Part shown: piece by piece, positions 36,512-44,199 of the stretch
Layout of the letters: every line of letters starts with the position of its first letter
How positions within the stretch are numbered: the stretch's first letter is position 1
Assembly: GCA_948442015.1 (NCBI GenBank)
Contig: CAOJRP010000004.1
Coordinates: 4,665-68,664 of the forward strand
DNA from: an uncultured Erysipelotrichaceae bacterium
Lineage (GTDB): Bacteria; Bacillota_I; Bacilli_A; RF39; UBA660
DNA length: 64,000 nt
Direction of reading: 5' to 3'
Notes under the pieces: generated by a model
The model's input: only the letters and a program-made list of their open reading frames with translations
Told to the model about the DNA's origin: nothing
Database searches by the model: none
Translations under genes and position numbers: made by a program

Positions 36512-37141
36512 ATGGCTAAGAAAGAAACGATAAAAAATATTTATTTTGTAGGTGGTTCACCTTGTGCTGGGAAAAGTACAATCTGTGAAATAATTTCGCA
36601 AAAATATGATTTATATTATTTTAAAGTTGATGATTATTTAGATGATTATATGAAACTCGCTGTTGAAAGAAAAGAACTATTGTGTACTAAAAATATGCAA
36701 ATGAGTCAAGAAGAAATATGGATGCGAGACCCTTTAATCCAAACAAAAGAGGAGTTTGGTATTTATGAAGAAATTTTTCCAAATATATTAGATGATTTAA
36801 AGAAGATAAAAAATGATAAAGCTATTATTACTGAAGGATGTGCTTATGTTCCAAATTTAATAAAGCAACTAGGGATTCCAAACAGTAAATACATAGCTAT
36901 TGTTCCAACAAAAGAATTTCAAGTATCACATTATGAAAAAAGAAATTATGTTCCTTTAATGCTAAAAGAGTGTAGTGATAAAGAAAAAGCTTTCCAAAAT
37001 TGGATGGAAAGAGATTCCTTATTTGCTAAAGAAGTCGCAAGACAGTGTAAAGATAATGATTGTAAATTAATTGTAAACGATGGAACTATCGATGTTAATG
37101 ATTTAGTAGCGGAAGTAGTAAAGCATTTTGAAATAAAATAA
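36512..37141 (+). CDS. P-loop NTPase/kinase-like protein
   Basis: Walker A GGSPCAGKST near the N-terminus. ATG 36512 after TAAGGAG. Confidence 0.55.
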   Translation: MAKKETIKNIYFVGGSPCAGKSTICEIISQKYDLYYFKVDDYLDDYMKLAVERKELLCTKNMQMSQEEIWMRDPLIQTKEEFGIYEEIFPNILDDLKKIKNDKAIITEGCAYVPNLIKQLGIPNSKYIAIVPTKEFQVSHYEKRNYVPLMLKECSDKEKAFQNWMERDSLFAKEVARQCKDNDCKLIVNDGTIDVNDLVAEVVKHFEIK

Positions 37142-37174
37142 TTAATTTATAAAGATAAAGGAAAGATAATACAT

Positions 37175-37594
37175 ATGAATTTAAAAAGAATTGAAAAATT
37201 TATTGCTAAACAAAATGTTACTTTGATTGGTTCTATTGATAGTACAGGTTTTCCTAATATTAAAGCAATGTTAAAACCGAGAAAGAGAAACGGCTTGAAA
37301 GAGTTTTACTTTTCGACTAATACATCATCTTTGCGTGTTAATCAGTTTAAAAATAATGATAAAGCTTGTATCTATTTTTATCATAAAGGATTAATTAGAT
37401 ATGTTGGAGTTATGTTAATAGGAAAAATGGAAGTTTTACAAGATGAAGAAACAAAAAAGATGATATGGCAAAAAGGAGATACAATGTTTTACAAAAAAGG
37501 TGTAACTGACCCTGATTATTGTGTTTTAAAGTTTACAGCGACAAGTGGAAGATACTACTGTGATTTAAAAACAGAAAGTTTTGATATTGAATAG
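37175..37594 (+). CDS. pyridoxamine 5'-phosphate oxidase family (FMN-binding split barrel) protein
   Basis: 139 aa. ...GFPNIKAMLKPRKRNGLKEFYFSTNTSS.R..QFKNNDKACIYFY... pattern. Confidence 0.65.
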   Translation: MNLKRIEKFIAKQNVTLIGSIDSTGFPNIKAMLKPRKRNGLKEFYFSTNTSSLRVNQFKNNDKACIYFYHKGLIRYVGVMLIGKMEVLQDEETKKMIWQKGDTMFYKKGVTDPDYCVLKFTATSGRYYCDLKTESFDIE

Positions 37595-37612
37595 TTACGA
37601 AAAGGTGAGTTT

Positions 37613-38122
37613 GTGGAAAAAATTAAGATTAGAAATATATTAGGAAAAGATATTGAAAGTGTTGTTGATATTCAAATAAGTGGTTGGCAAACAGCTTATA
37701 AAGGAATAATTAGTGATAAGTATTTAAATTCTTTAAATAAAGATGAATTAATTTTAAAAAGAAAAAATGATTATCAACAAGATGGCTATATAGTTGCCGA
37801 AATTAATGATGAAATAGTTGGATTTTGTAGATATGTTGATAGTAATAGTTATACTTCTAATATGGAAGAGATAGACTGTGAAATAGTAGCTTTATATGTA
37901 AAACCAAATTTTAAATATAAGGGTATTGGAACAAAGATGTTTCTATATGTTGTGAAAGAGTTTAAAAGAAAAAAGAAAACTAAGATGATAATATGGTGTT
38001 TGAAAGACAATGAACCATCAAAAAAGTTTTATACTAAAATGGGTGGAGAAATTATTGGTGAAAAAATTGCGTTAATTGGCGATGAAAATTATACAGAAGT
38101 TGGGTTTTTGTATAATATTTGA
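37613..38122 (+). CDS. GNAT family N-acetyltransferase
   Basis: ALYVKPNFKYKGIGTKMF acetyl-CoA motif. GTG start after AAAAGGTGAG. Confidence 0.75.
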   Translation: MEKIKIRNILGKDIESVVDIQISGWQTAYKGIISDKYLNSLNKDELILKRKNDYQQDGYIVAEINDEIVGFCRYVDSNSYTSNMEEIDCEIVALYVKPNFKYKGIGTKMFLYVVKEFKRKKKTKMIIWCLKDNEPSKKFYTKMGGEIIGEKIALIGDENYTEVGFLYNI

Positions 38123-38195
38123 GTAAAATATGATTGGAGGTTTTTGCTTATAGAATATGTAAAAATAACTGAAAACAATCATATATAGAAAAAAG

Positions 38196-38237
38196 TTAAC
38201 AAGTTATATTTAAGATTTGTTCTTTTTTTGTTATAAT
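38196..38237 (+). repeat. terminator/extended -10 promoter module, copy b
   Basis: TTAACAAGTTATATTTAAGATTTGTTCTTTTTTTGTTATAAT. Confidence 0.6.
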
Positions 38238-38330
38238 GTAAAAAAGGTAATTATACTTAAATCTTAATGTGATAATTAAGTTGTTTTTTTCTACAAAATC
38301 TACAAAAGAAGAAATAATAGGAGGTTATGG

Positions 38331-39164
38331 ATGAACGAAATTAAAGAATACAATAAAACAATATTTGAGAGCATTAAACATACTGATGAATTTGGTAATG
38401 AGTATTGGCTAGCTAGAGAATTACAAGAAGCATTAGAATACAAAGAATGGCGAAAATTTAGAGGAGTTATAGATAAGGCTAAAGAAGCTTGTGCAAATAG
38501 TGGTTATGAGGTTTTAGAACAACTTGTCGAGGTCGACAAGTTGTCAAAAAGAAATAATAATGCAGTGGTTAAAATTGAAGATTTTAAACTTTCTAGATAT
38601 GCTTGTTACTTGATAGTACAGAATTCGGACCCTAGAAAAGAAATTGTTGCTTTAGGTCAAACTTATTTTGCAGTACAAACAAGACGTCAAGAGTTAACTG
38701 AAAAAGAATATTCTGAGTTATCAGAAGATGAGAAAAGATTTTATCAAAGAAATTTAACTAAAAAAGGCAATTACTCACTTAATCAAACAGCTAAAAAAGC
38801 AGGTGTTAAAAACTTTGACCAATTTCATAATGCTGGATATAAAGGACTCTATAATGGAGAAACAGCAGATGATATTGCTAAGAGAAAAGGCTTAAGATAT
38901 AGGGAAGATATATTAGATAATATGAATGAAGATGAATTAGTTGCTAATTTGTTTAGAATAAATCAAACTAAACAAAGACTAATTAAAGATAATGTACAAG
39001 GAGAGAAAAAAGCAAAAGATGTCCATTATGAAGTAGGCAAAAAAGTAAGAAAGGCAATTGCAGATATTGGTGGTATGATGCCAGAAGAAATGCCAACACC
39101 AAAGAAAAGTTTAAAAGAATTAGAAAAAGAAAAACAAATGCAATCTAAAATAGAAATGAAATAA
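38331..39164 (+). CDS. dinD: DNA damage-inducible protein D (DinD) family
   Basis: FE.IKH.DE.G.EYW.AREL...L.Y.EWR.F..VI.KAK.AC.NSG start and LSRYACYLIVQNSDPRKEIVALGQTYFAVQTRRQE match the family as I know it. Confidence 0.75.
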   Translation: MNEIKEYNKTIFESIKHTDEFGNEYWLARELQEALEYKEWRKFRGVIDKAKEACANSGYEVLEQLVEVDKLSKRNNNAVVKIEDFKLSRYACYLIVQNSDPRKEIVALGQTYFAVQTRRQELTEKEYSELSEDEKRFYQRNLTKKGNYSLNQTAKKAGVKNFDQFHNAGYKGLYNGETADDIAKRKGLRYREDILDNMNEDELVANLFRINQTKQRLIKDNVQGEKKAKDVHYEVGKKVRKAIADIGGMMPEEMPTPKKSLKELEKEKQMQSKIEMK

Positions 39165-39165
39165 A

Positions 39166-39193
39166 TTAACAAGTCACATTTAAGATTTGTTTT
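39166..39193 (+). repeat. terminator module, copy c (no TATAAT part)
   Basis: TTAACAAGTCACATTTAAGATTTGTTTT, matching copy b at 25 of the first 27 positions. Starts 2 nt after the dinD stop. Confidence 0.6.
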
Positions 39194-39237
39194 AATAAAA
39201 CAAAAAAATAATTTATAAAATATCTGGAGGTGGGAAG

Positions 39238-39258
39238 ATGAGAAAGCAAGTTAAGTAA
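39238..39258 (+). promoter_or_regulatory. 6-codon leader ORF (MRKQVK*) of a putative translational attenuator for the ABC-F gene
   Basis: GGAGG (39226-30), 7 nt, ATG. Followed by alternative pairings AAGTT/AACTT, GGCATAA/TTATGCC and TTATGCC/GGCATAA, the last covering the SD-start spacer of the ABC-F gene. Confidence 0.45.
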
Positions 39259-39307
39259 GTTAGGCATAAACTTTTAATTATGCCAAAATATAATAAGGAG
39301 GCATAAT

Positions 39308-40810
39308 GTGCTAGAAGTTAAGAATGTGGATATAGCGATATCGACAAGATATATTGTTAAAGCATTAATATTTACATTAAATAAAAAAGATAAACTCGCT
39401 ATTATTGGCGAAGAAGGAAATGGGAAATCGACTTTATTAAAAGCATTATTAGGAATATGTGATTATGCAGAAGTTACAGGAAGTATAAATTTTAAAGGAA
39501 ATTCTATTGGTTATTTAGAACAATCTATCAAAGATAAGGACTTAGATAAAAAGGTTTATGATTTTTTGTTTTTGAGTGATAACGACTACTATGAAAAGGT
39601 AAATATTTTTTATAAAAGTTTAGAAGCTGTTAATTTAAAAGATGAGATATTAGAACAACAAATTAGAACTTTATCAGGTGGAGAAAAAGTAAAAATAAGG
39701 ATTTTAAAACTTTTAATAAATGAATACGATATTTTATTTTTAGATGAACCAACAAATGATTTAGATATTGAAACTTTGGAGTGGTTAGAAAACTTTATTA
39801 ATAAGACAGATAAGCCAATTATATATGTTTCTCATGACGAAACTCTTTTATCAAACACAGCTAATATAATTTTGCATTTAGAACAAACAATGAAGAAAAC
39901 AGATTGCAGACATACGATTTTAAAAACTGATTATGATACTTATGTTAATATGCGATTAGAAAAAATTACAAAACAAACTCAAGTGGCCAAATCGGAAAAA
40001 AGAGAATTTATTAAACAACAAGATAAATTAAGAAAAGTAATGCAAAAAGTAGAACATCAACAAAATAATATTTCCAGACAAAATCCTCATGGAGCAAGAA
40101 TGTTAAAAAAGAAAATGCATTCTTTAAAATCTCAAGAAAAGAAGTTAGATAATGCTCTATTAACAAGACTACCTGATGTCGAAGAAAGTATTAATTTCTT
40201 TTTTGAAGATGTGGAAATACCAAAAACAAAAATAATATTAGATTTACACATAAAGGAGCTTAAAGTTCAAGAAAAAGTGTTGTCTAAAAACATTAATTTA
40301 GAAATTGTCGGCAATACTCATTTATGTATTATAGGCAAAAATGGAGTAGGAAAATCAACTTTATTAAAAGAAATTTATCAAATATTAAAAGATAGAGATG
40401 ACATAATAGTTGGGTATATGCCGCAAAATTATGATGATATTTTAGAGTCTTATGAATACGTCTTAGATTTTATTGCTCCAAGTGGTAATAAAGAAGATAT
40501 TATGCTAGCAAGGACATATCTAGGAAATATGAAATTTACAAAAGAAGAAATGACATCTAAAATTAAATATCTAAGTAATGGAACTAAAGCAAAGTTATTT
40601 CTTGTCAAATTAGTGTTAAATAAGTGTAACGTTTTACTTTTAGATGAACCAACAAGAAATGTAAGTCCTTTGTCAAATCCTGTAATAAGAAATGCTTTAA
40701 AAAATTTTAAAGGAACTATCATTAGTATTTCTCATGACCGTAAATATATTGCTGAAGTAGCATGTGAATTATATCAGTTAGATGAAAATGGTATAAGAAA
40801 AAATAGATAA
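39308..40810 (+). CDS. ABC-F family ATPase, probable ribosome-protection (ARE-type) protein
   Basis: Two ABC domains without TM segments (GEEGNGKST / LSGGEKVK / FLDEPTNDLD, and GKNGVGKST / LSNGTKAK / LLDEPTRNV). They are joined by a K/R/Q-rich helical linker. About 500 aa, as in Msr/Lsa-type proteins. GTG start 7 nt after AAGGAGG. Confidence 0.75.
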   Translation: MLEVKNVDIAISTRYIVKALIFTLNKKDKLAIIGEEGNGKSTLLKALLGICDYAEVTGSINFKGNSIGYLEQSIKDKDLDKKVYDFLFLSDNDYYEKVNIFYKSLEAVNLKDEILEQQIRTLSGGEKVKIRILKLLINEYDILFLDEPTNDLDIETLEWLENFINKTDKPIIYVSHDETLLSNTANIILHLEQTMKKTDCRHTILKTDYDTYVNMRLEKITKQTQVAKSEKREFIKQQDKLRKVMQKVEHQQNNISRQNPHGARMLKKKMHSLKSQEKKLDNALLTRLPDVEESINFFFEDVEIPKTKIILDLHIKELKVQEKVLSKNINLEIVGNTHLCIIGKNGVGKSTLLKEIYQILKDRDDIIVGYMPQNYDDILESYEYVLDFIAPSGNKEDIMLARTYLGNMKFTKEEMTSKIKYLSNGTKAKLFLVKLVLNKCNVLLLDEPTRNVSPLSNPVIRNALKNFKGTIISISHDRKYIAEVACELYQLDENGIRKNR

Positions 40811-40924
40811 AAATAAGCCAAATAAATAATAAAAGGCTTGTTTTTTCTTGAAAATTAAAAAAAAGCTTACACAAAATTTTTATTTGTGCTATTCTTTATA
40901 AGGTGCTTAAAAAGGAGATGTATT

Positions 40925-42892
40925 ATGAAAGAGTTAGATTTAGGTAAAGAGAGAATTAATAAGTTAATACTTGCATTTTCTATTCCTTGTGTAATTAGTA
41001 TGTTAATTAATTCTGTCTATAATATTGTTGACCAAATATTTATTGGTAAAGGAGTAGGTACTTTAGGTAATGGTGCAACTAATGTAATTTTTCCTTTAGT
41101 TATAGTTTTTAATGCTTTTGCCAGTTTAATAGGAAATGGAGCGGCTGCCAATTTATCTTTAAAACTAGGTGAGAAAAATCAAAAAGAAGCCGCAAAAGGT
41201 GTGGGGCAAGCAATCATTTTTACAATAATTATTTCTTTATTGTTAGGAATTGTTTCATTTATAGCTTTACCAAAATTAGTTATGCTATTTGGGTGTACAG
41301 AAAATGTTTATAAATATGCTTTAGATTATGGAAGAATTATTTGCCTTGGAGCTCCATTTATGATTATTTATTCAGCTTTATCAAACATTATTAGAGCTGA
41401 TGGTTCACCAAAATATTCCATGATTATGCTAGTAGTAGGAGCAATTATCAACATCATTTTAGACCCTATATTCATTTTTGGATTTAATCTTGGAGTCAAA
41501 GGTGGAGCAATTGCAACAGTTATTGGGCAAGTTGTATCTTTTGGAATTGCGATTATATATTTGAAAAAATTTAAATCAGTTAAAATAAATAAAGAAAGTT
41601 TAAAAGTTGATAAAAATATCTTTAAAATCCTTGGGTTAGGTTTATCATCATTTATTACTCAATGTACTGTTTTAGTTTTATTTGTTTTTATGAATAATAT
41701 GATGACAAGACTTGGTTCTACTTCTAAGTTTGGTTCTGATATTCCTTTATCAGTTTATGGTGTTATTTCGAAAATAAATAGCATTTATATTTCGATTGTT
41801 TTAGGAATTTCTATTGGGGCTCAACCAATTATCGGTTTTAACTATGGAGCTGGAAAGAATAAAAGAGTTAGGGAAACACTAAAAAAAGTTATAACGATTA
41901 ACTTTATTGTTGGTATTTTATTTAATTTAGTGCTGTTCTTTTTTCCAAGACAAATTGCAAGTATTTTTATAAGTAGTACTGATGCTAATTATGATTTATT
42001 TATGGAGTTTGCAGTACTTTTGTGTCATTCATTTTTACTTTTAATTTCTCTTAATGCTTTAGAAATAACAGGAAGTATTTCCATTCAATCATTGGGTAAA
42101 GTGAAGAAAGCAACAGCTTTATCATTTATTAGACAAATCGTTTTATTAATTCCAATATCCTTATTTTTATCTATTGTTTTAGATAAAGGAATTTATGGTC
42201 TAGCTTATGCAGGTTGTATATCGGATTTTATCTGCTTTGTAATTGCTATTTTTATTGTTGGAGGAGAATATATTAGATTAGGAAAAAAAGATTATCAAAG
42301 TAATGATGATATAACTTTAAATGAGAATAATTATCAAGGCAAACATATTGTTGTTACAATTTCAAGAGAATATGCATCAGGTGGTAGATATGTTGGAAAG
42401 ATACTTTCTAAAAGTCTTGGCATCAATTTTTATGACAAAGAACTAATTAGCTTAGCAGCTAAAGAATCGGGATTAAGAAAAGAGTATATTGAAAAGATTG
42501 ATGAAAGTAAAAGAAAGAGTGTAAACGATGATAGAATTTTTATTGCTGAGGCAAAAGTTATTAAAGATTTAGCCAAGAAAGAATCTTGTGTTATTGTAGG
42601 ACGTTGTGCTGATTATATTTTAAAAGATAATAAAAATGTTTTGAAAGTTTTCTTGTATTCGAGCGATGATGCAAAAGTTAAAAGAGCTGTTAAGTATTAT
42701 GGTTTGGATAAAAATAAGGCTCTTAAACAAATAATTAAGATTAATAAAGAAAGAGAAAAGCATTATGAGTTTTATACGAGTAGAGCTTGGAAAGATATGA
42801 GTAATTATGATTTGATGATTAATGTTGATTCTCAAGGTGTAGAAAAAACTGCTGAGTTTATTAAAAATTATTTAAGTAATAACAATGATTAG
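40925..42892 (+). CDS. MATE family efflux transporter fused to a C-terminal cytidylate-kinase-like (Cytidylate_kin2-type) domain
   Basis: Residues 1 to about 450 are a 12-TM MATE protein (ISMLINSVYNIVDQIFIGKGVG ...). The C-terminal 200 aa read VVTISREYASGGRYVGKILSKSLGINFYDKELI ... CVIVGRCADYIL ... VFLYS ... REKHYEFYT..AW.D..NYDLMINV, the stereotyped pattern of cytidylate-kinase-like family proteins. Confidence 0.8.
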   Translation: MKELDLGKERINKLILAFSIPCVISMLINSVYNIVDQIFIGKGVGTLGNGATNVIFPLVIVFNAFASLIGNGAAANLSLKLGEKNQKEAAKGVGQAIIFTIIISLLLGIVSFIALPKLVMLFGCTENVYKYALDYGRIICLGAPFMIIYSALSNIIRADGSPKYSMIMLVVGAIINIILDPIFIFGFNLGVKGGAIATVIGQVVSFGIAIIYLKKFKSVKINKESLKVDKNIFKILGLGLSSFITQCTVLVLFVFMNNMMTRLGSTSKFGSDIPLSVYGVISKINSIYISIVLGISIGAQPIIGFNYGAGKNKRVRETLKKVITINFIVGILFNLVLFFFPRQIASIFISSTDANYDLFMEFAVLLCHSFLLLISLNALEITGSISIQSLGKVKKATALSFIRQIVLLIPISLFLSIVLDKGIYGLAYAGCISDFICFVIAIFIVGGEYIRLGKKDYQSNDDITLNENNYQGKHIVVTISREYASGGRYVGKILSKSLGINFYDKELISLAAKESGLRKEYIEKIDESKRKSVNDDRIFIAEAKVIKDLAKKESCVIVGRCADYILKDNKNVLKVFLYSSDDAKVKRAVKYYGLDKNKALKQIIKINKEREKHYEFYTSRAWKDMSNYDLMINVDSQGVEKTAEFIKNYLSNNND

Positions 42893-42933
42893 AACAATTC
42901 ACATTTAAGATTGTTCTTTTTTTGTTAATATTA
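42892..42933 (+). repeat. terminator/promoter module, copy d
   Basis: GAACAATTCACATTTAAGATTGTTCTTTTTTTGTTAATATT, overlapping the stop codon of the MATE fusion. Confidence 0.6.
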
Positions 42934-42963
42934 AGAAAAAAAATAGTTTGTAGGAGTGATACT

Positions 42964-43555
42964 ATGTTAAAAATGATTAAAGGAGCAATAGTAACTTGTG
43001 CTGATAAATTAAAAGAAGAGTACGAGATTAAGAATAATTATTTAATAGCAAATGTTAATGAAGACAAAATTTTAAAAATAATTAATGAGTTTATTGAGTT
43101 ACAAAAAGAAGAAATATTCTTGATATTGGAAGTACCTACAAATTTAAACAATGAAAAAGTAAAAAATATATTTCATAAAGATGTTTACTATATTGATAAT
43201 ATCTCAAAAGAATATGCTAAAGAAATATTAAATTCTATAGGTTTATTATTTGTAAATGATGGAGCAGGGCAGATAAGAATAGGAAATCATGTTACTCATG
43301 CCGAAATAATGACAGATAAAATATAATGTTGTGACAATTTTTGAAGGAAAAGATGATTTATTAAAATATGTAAAATTATTAAATAAGAACAAAATTTATC
43401 AAACTGATAATTTATTAACAGCATGGAATTTTTTTAGTAATGATAATCCTGGTGAAATTATTTTATATGAAAAAGATGGTAAGACAATTTATGATGTAGT
43501 TGAAAGATTAAAACAAACTTCAAATTTATATTTTGCAGAACAAAGAGGAGACTAA
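42964..43555 (+). pseudogene. hypothetical gene split by a single-base frameshift in an A4 run (ORFs 42922..43326 and 43331..43555)
   Basis: Removing one A from 43318-43321 reads ...HAEIMTDKYNVVTIFEGKDDL... continuously. The second ORF has no RBS and only a GTG start. Confidence 0.4.
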
Positions 43556-44199
43556 AAAGTAAAATTGAGTGTAATAAATAATACTTAATTTATAAAGAAA
43601 AGTTATAGTCTAAACTCTAATTAAGTAGTATGATATAGTTATAAGAAACAATTTTGGAGGAGTTAAGAGAAAAATAAAATTTGTTACAATGGAATCAAAT
43701 CTTGTAGGCTTGGATAAATTTCGCTTTACAGGACATAGATAGATTATCAAAAAAATGCTTAATTTAGGGTATGTTTATAAGGGTTTTGTCCCAATAGAAC
43801 TTAGAGGAAATGGAGATATTGAAAAATAGATTTGATTTTTGAAAAAACAAAAGAAAAGAAATAGATCATAAAAGAATTAGTATTTAAATCGTATAAAATT
43901 AAGGAAAATACATTGATTATTTAATATTTTATAGTTATAATATAATAAAATATTAAATAAATAGGTATAGAAAGGATTAATTAATATTTCTATAAGATTG
44001 ATTATACAGAGAAATATGATTGTTATAAAGATAAAATTTTAATGAGATTTAGAACGTCTTGAACTAAAAAATTATACAATTAGAAATGAGGAATACTAAC
44101 TCATAAAATAGGAAAGCTATGGAAATTTAAATTGTTAAAATTGGTGATTAGGTAAAGAACGTAATTGTTTCATGAATAAATAGATAATAGGCGGTTAAA

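Noticed and set aside
39308-40810. ATG at 39306 as the start of the ABC-F gene
   Set aside because: That ATG is out of frame (ATG TGC TAG). The in-frame GTG at 39308 is correctly spaced from AAGGAGG.
43650-43830. Broken reading frames (…MESNLVGLDKFRFTGHR*, MLNLGYVYKGFVPIELRGNGDIEK*) that faintly recalled a FemAB-type or GNAT-like fragment
   Set aside because: The resemblance rests on one short LG(Y/F)..KGF-like string. That is far too weak to name a family, so it is reported only as possible gene debris.
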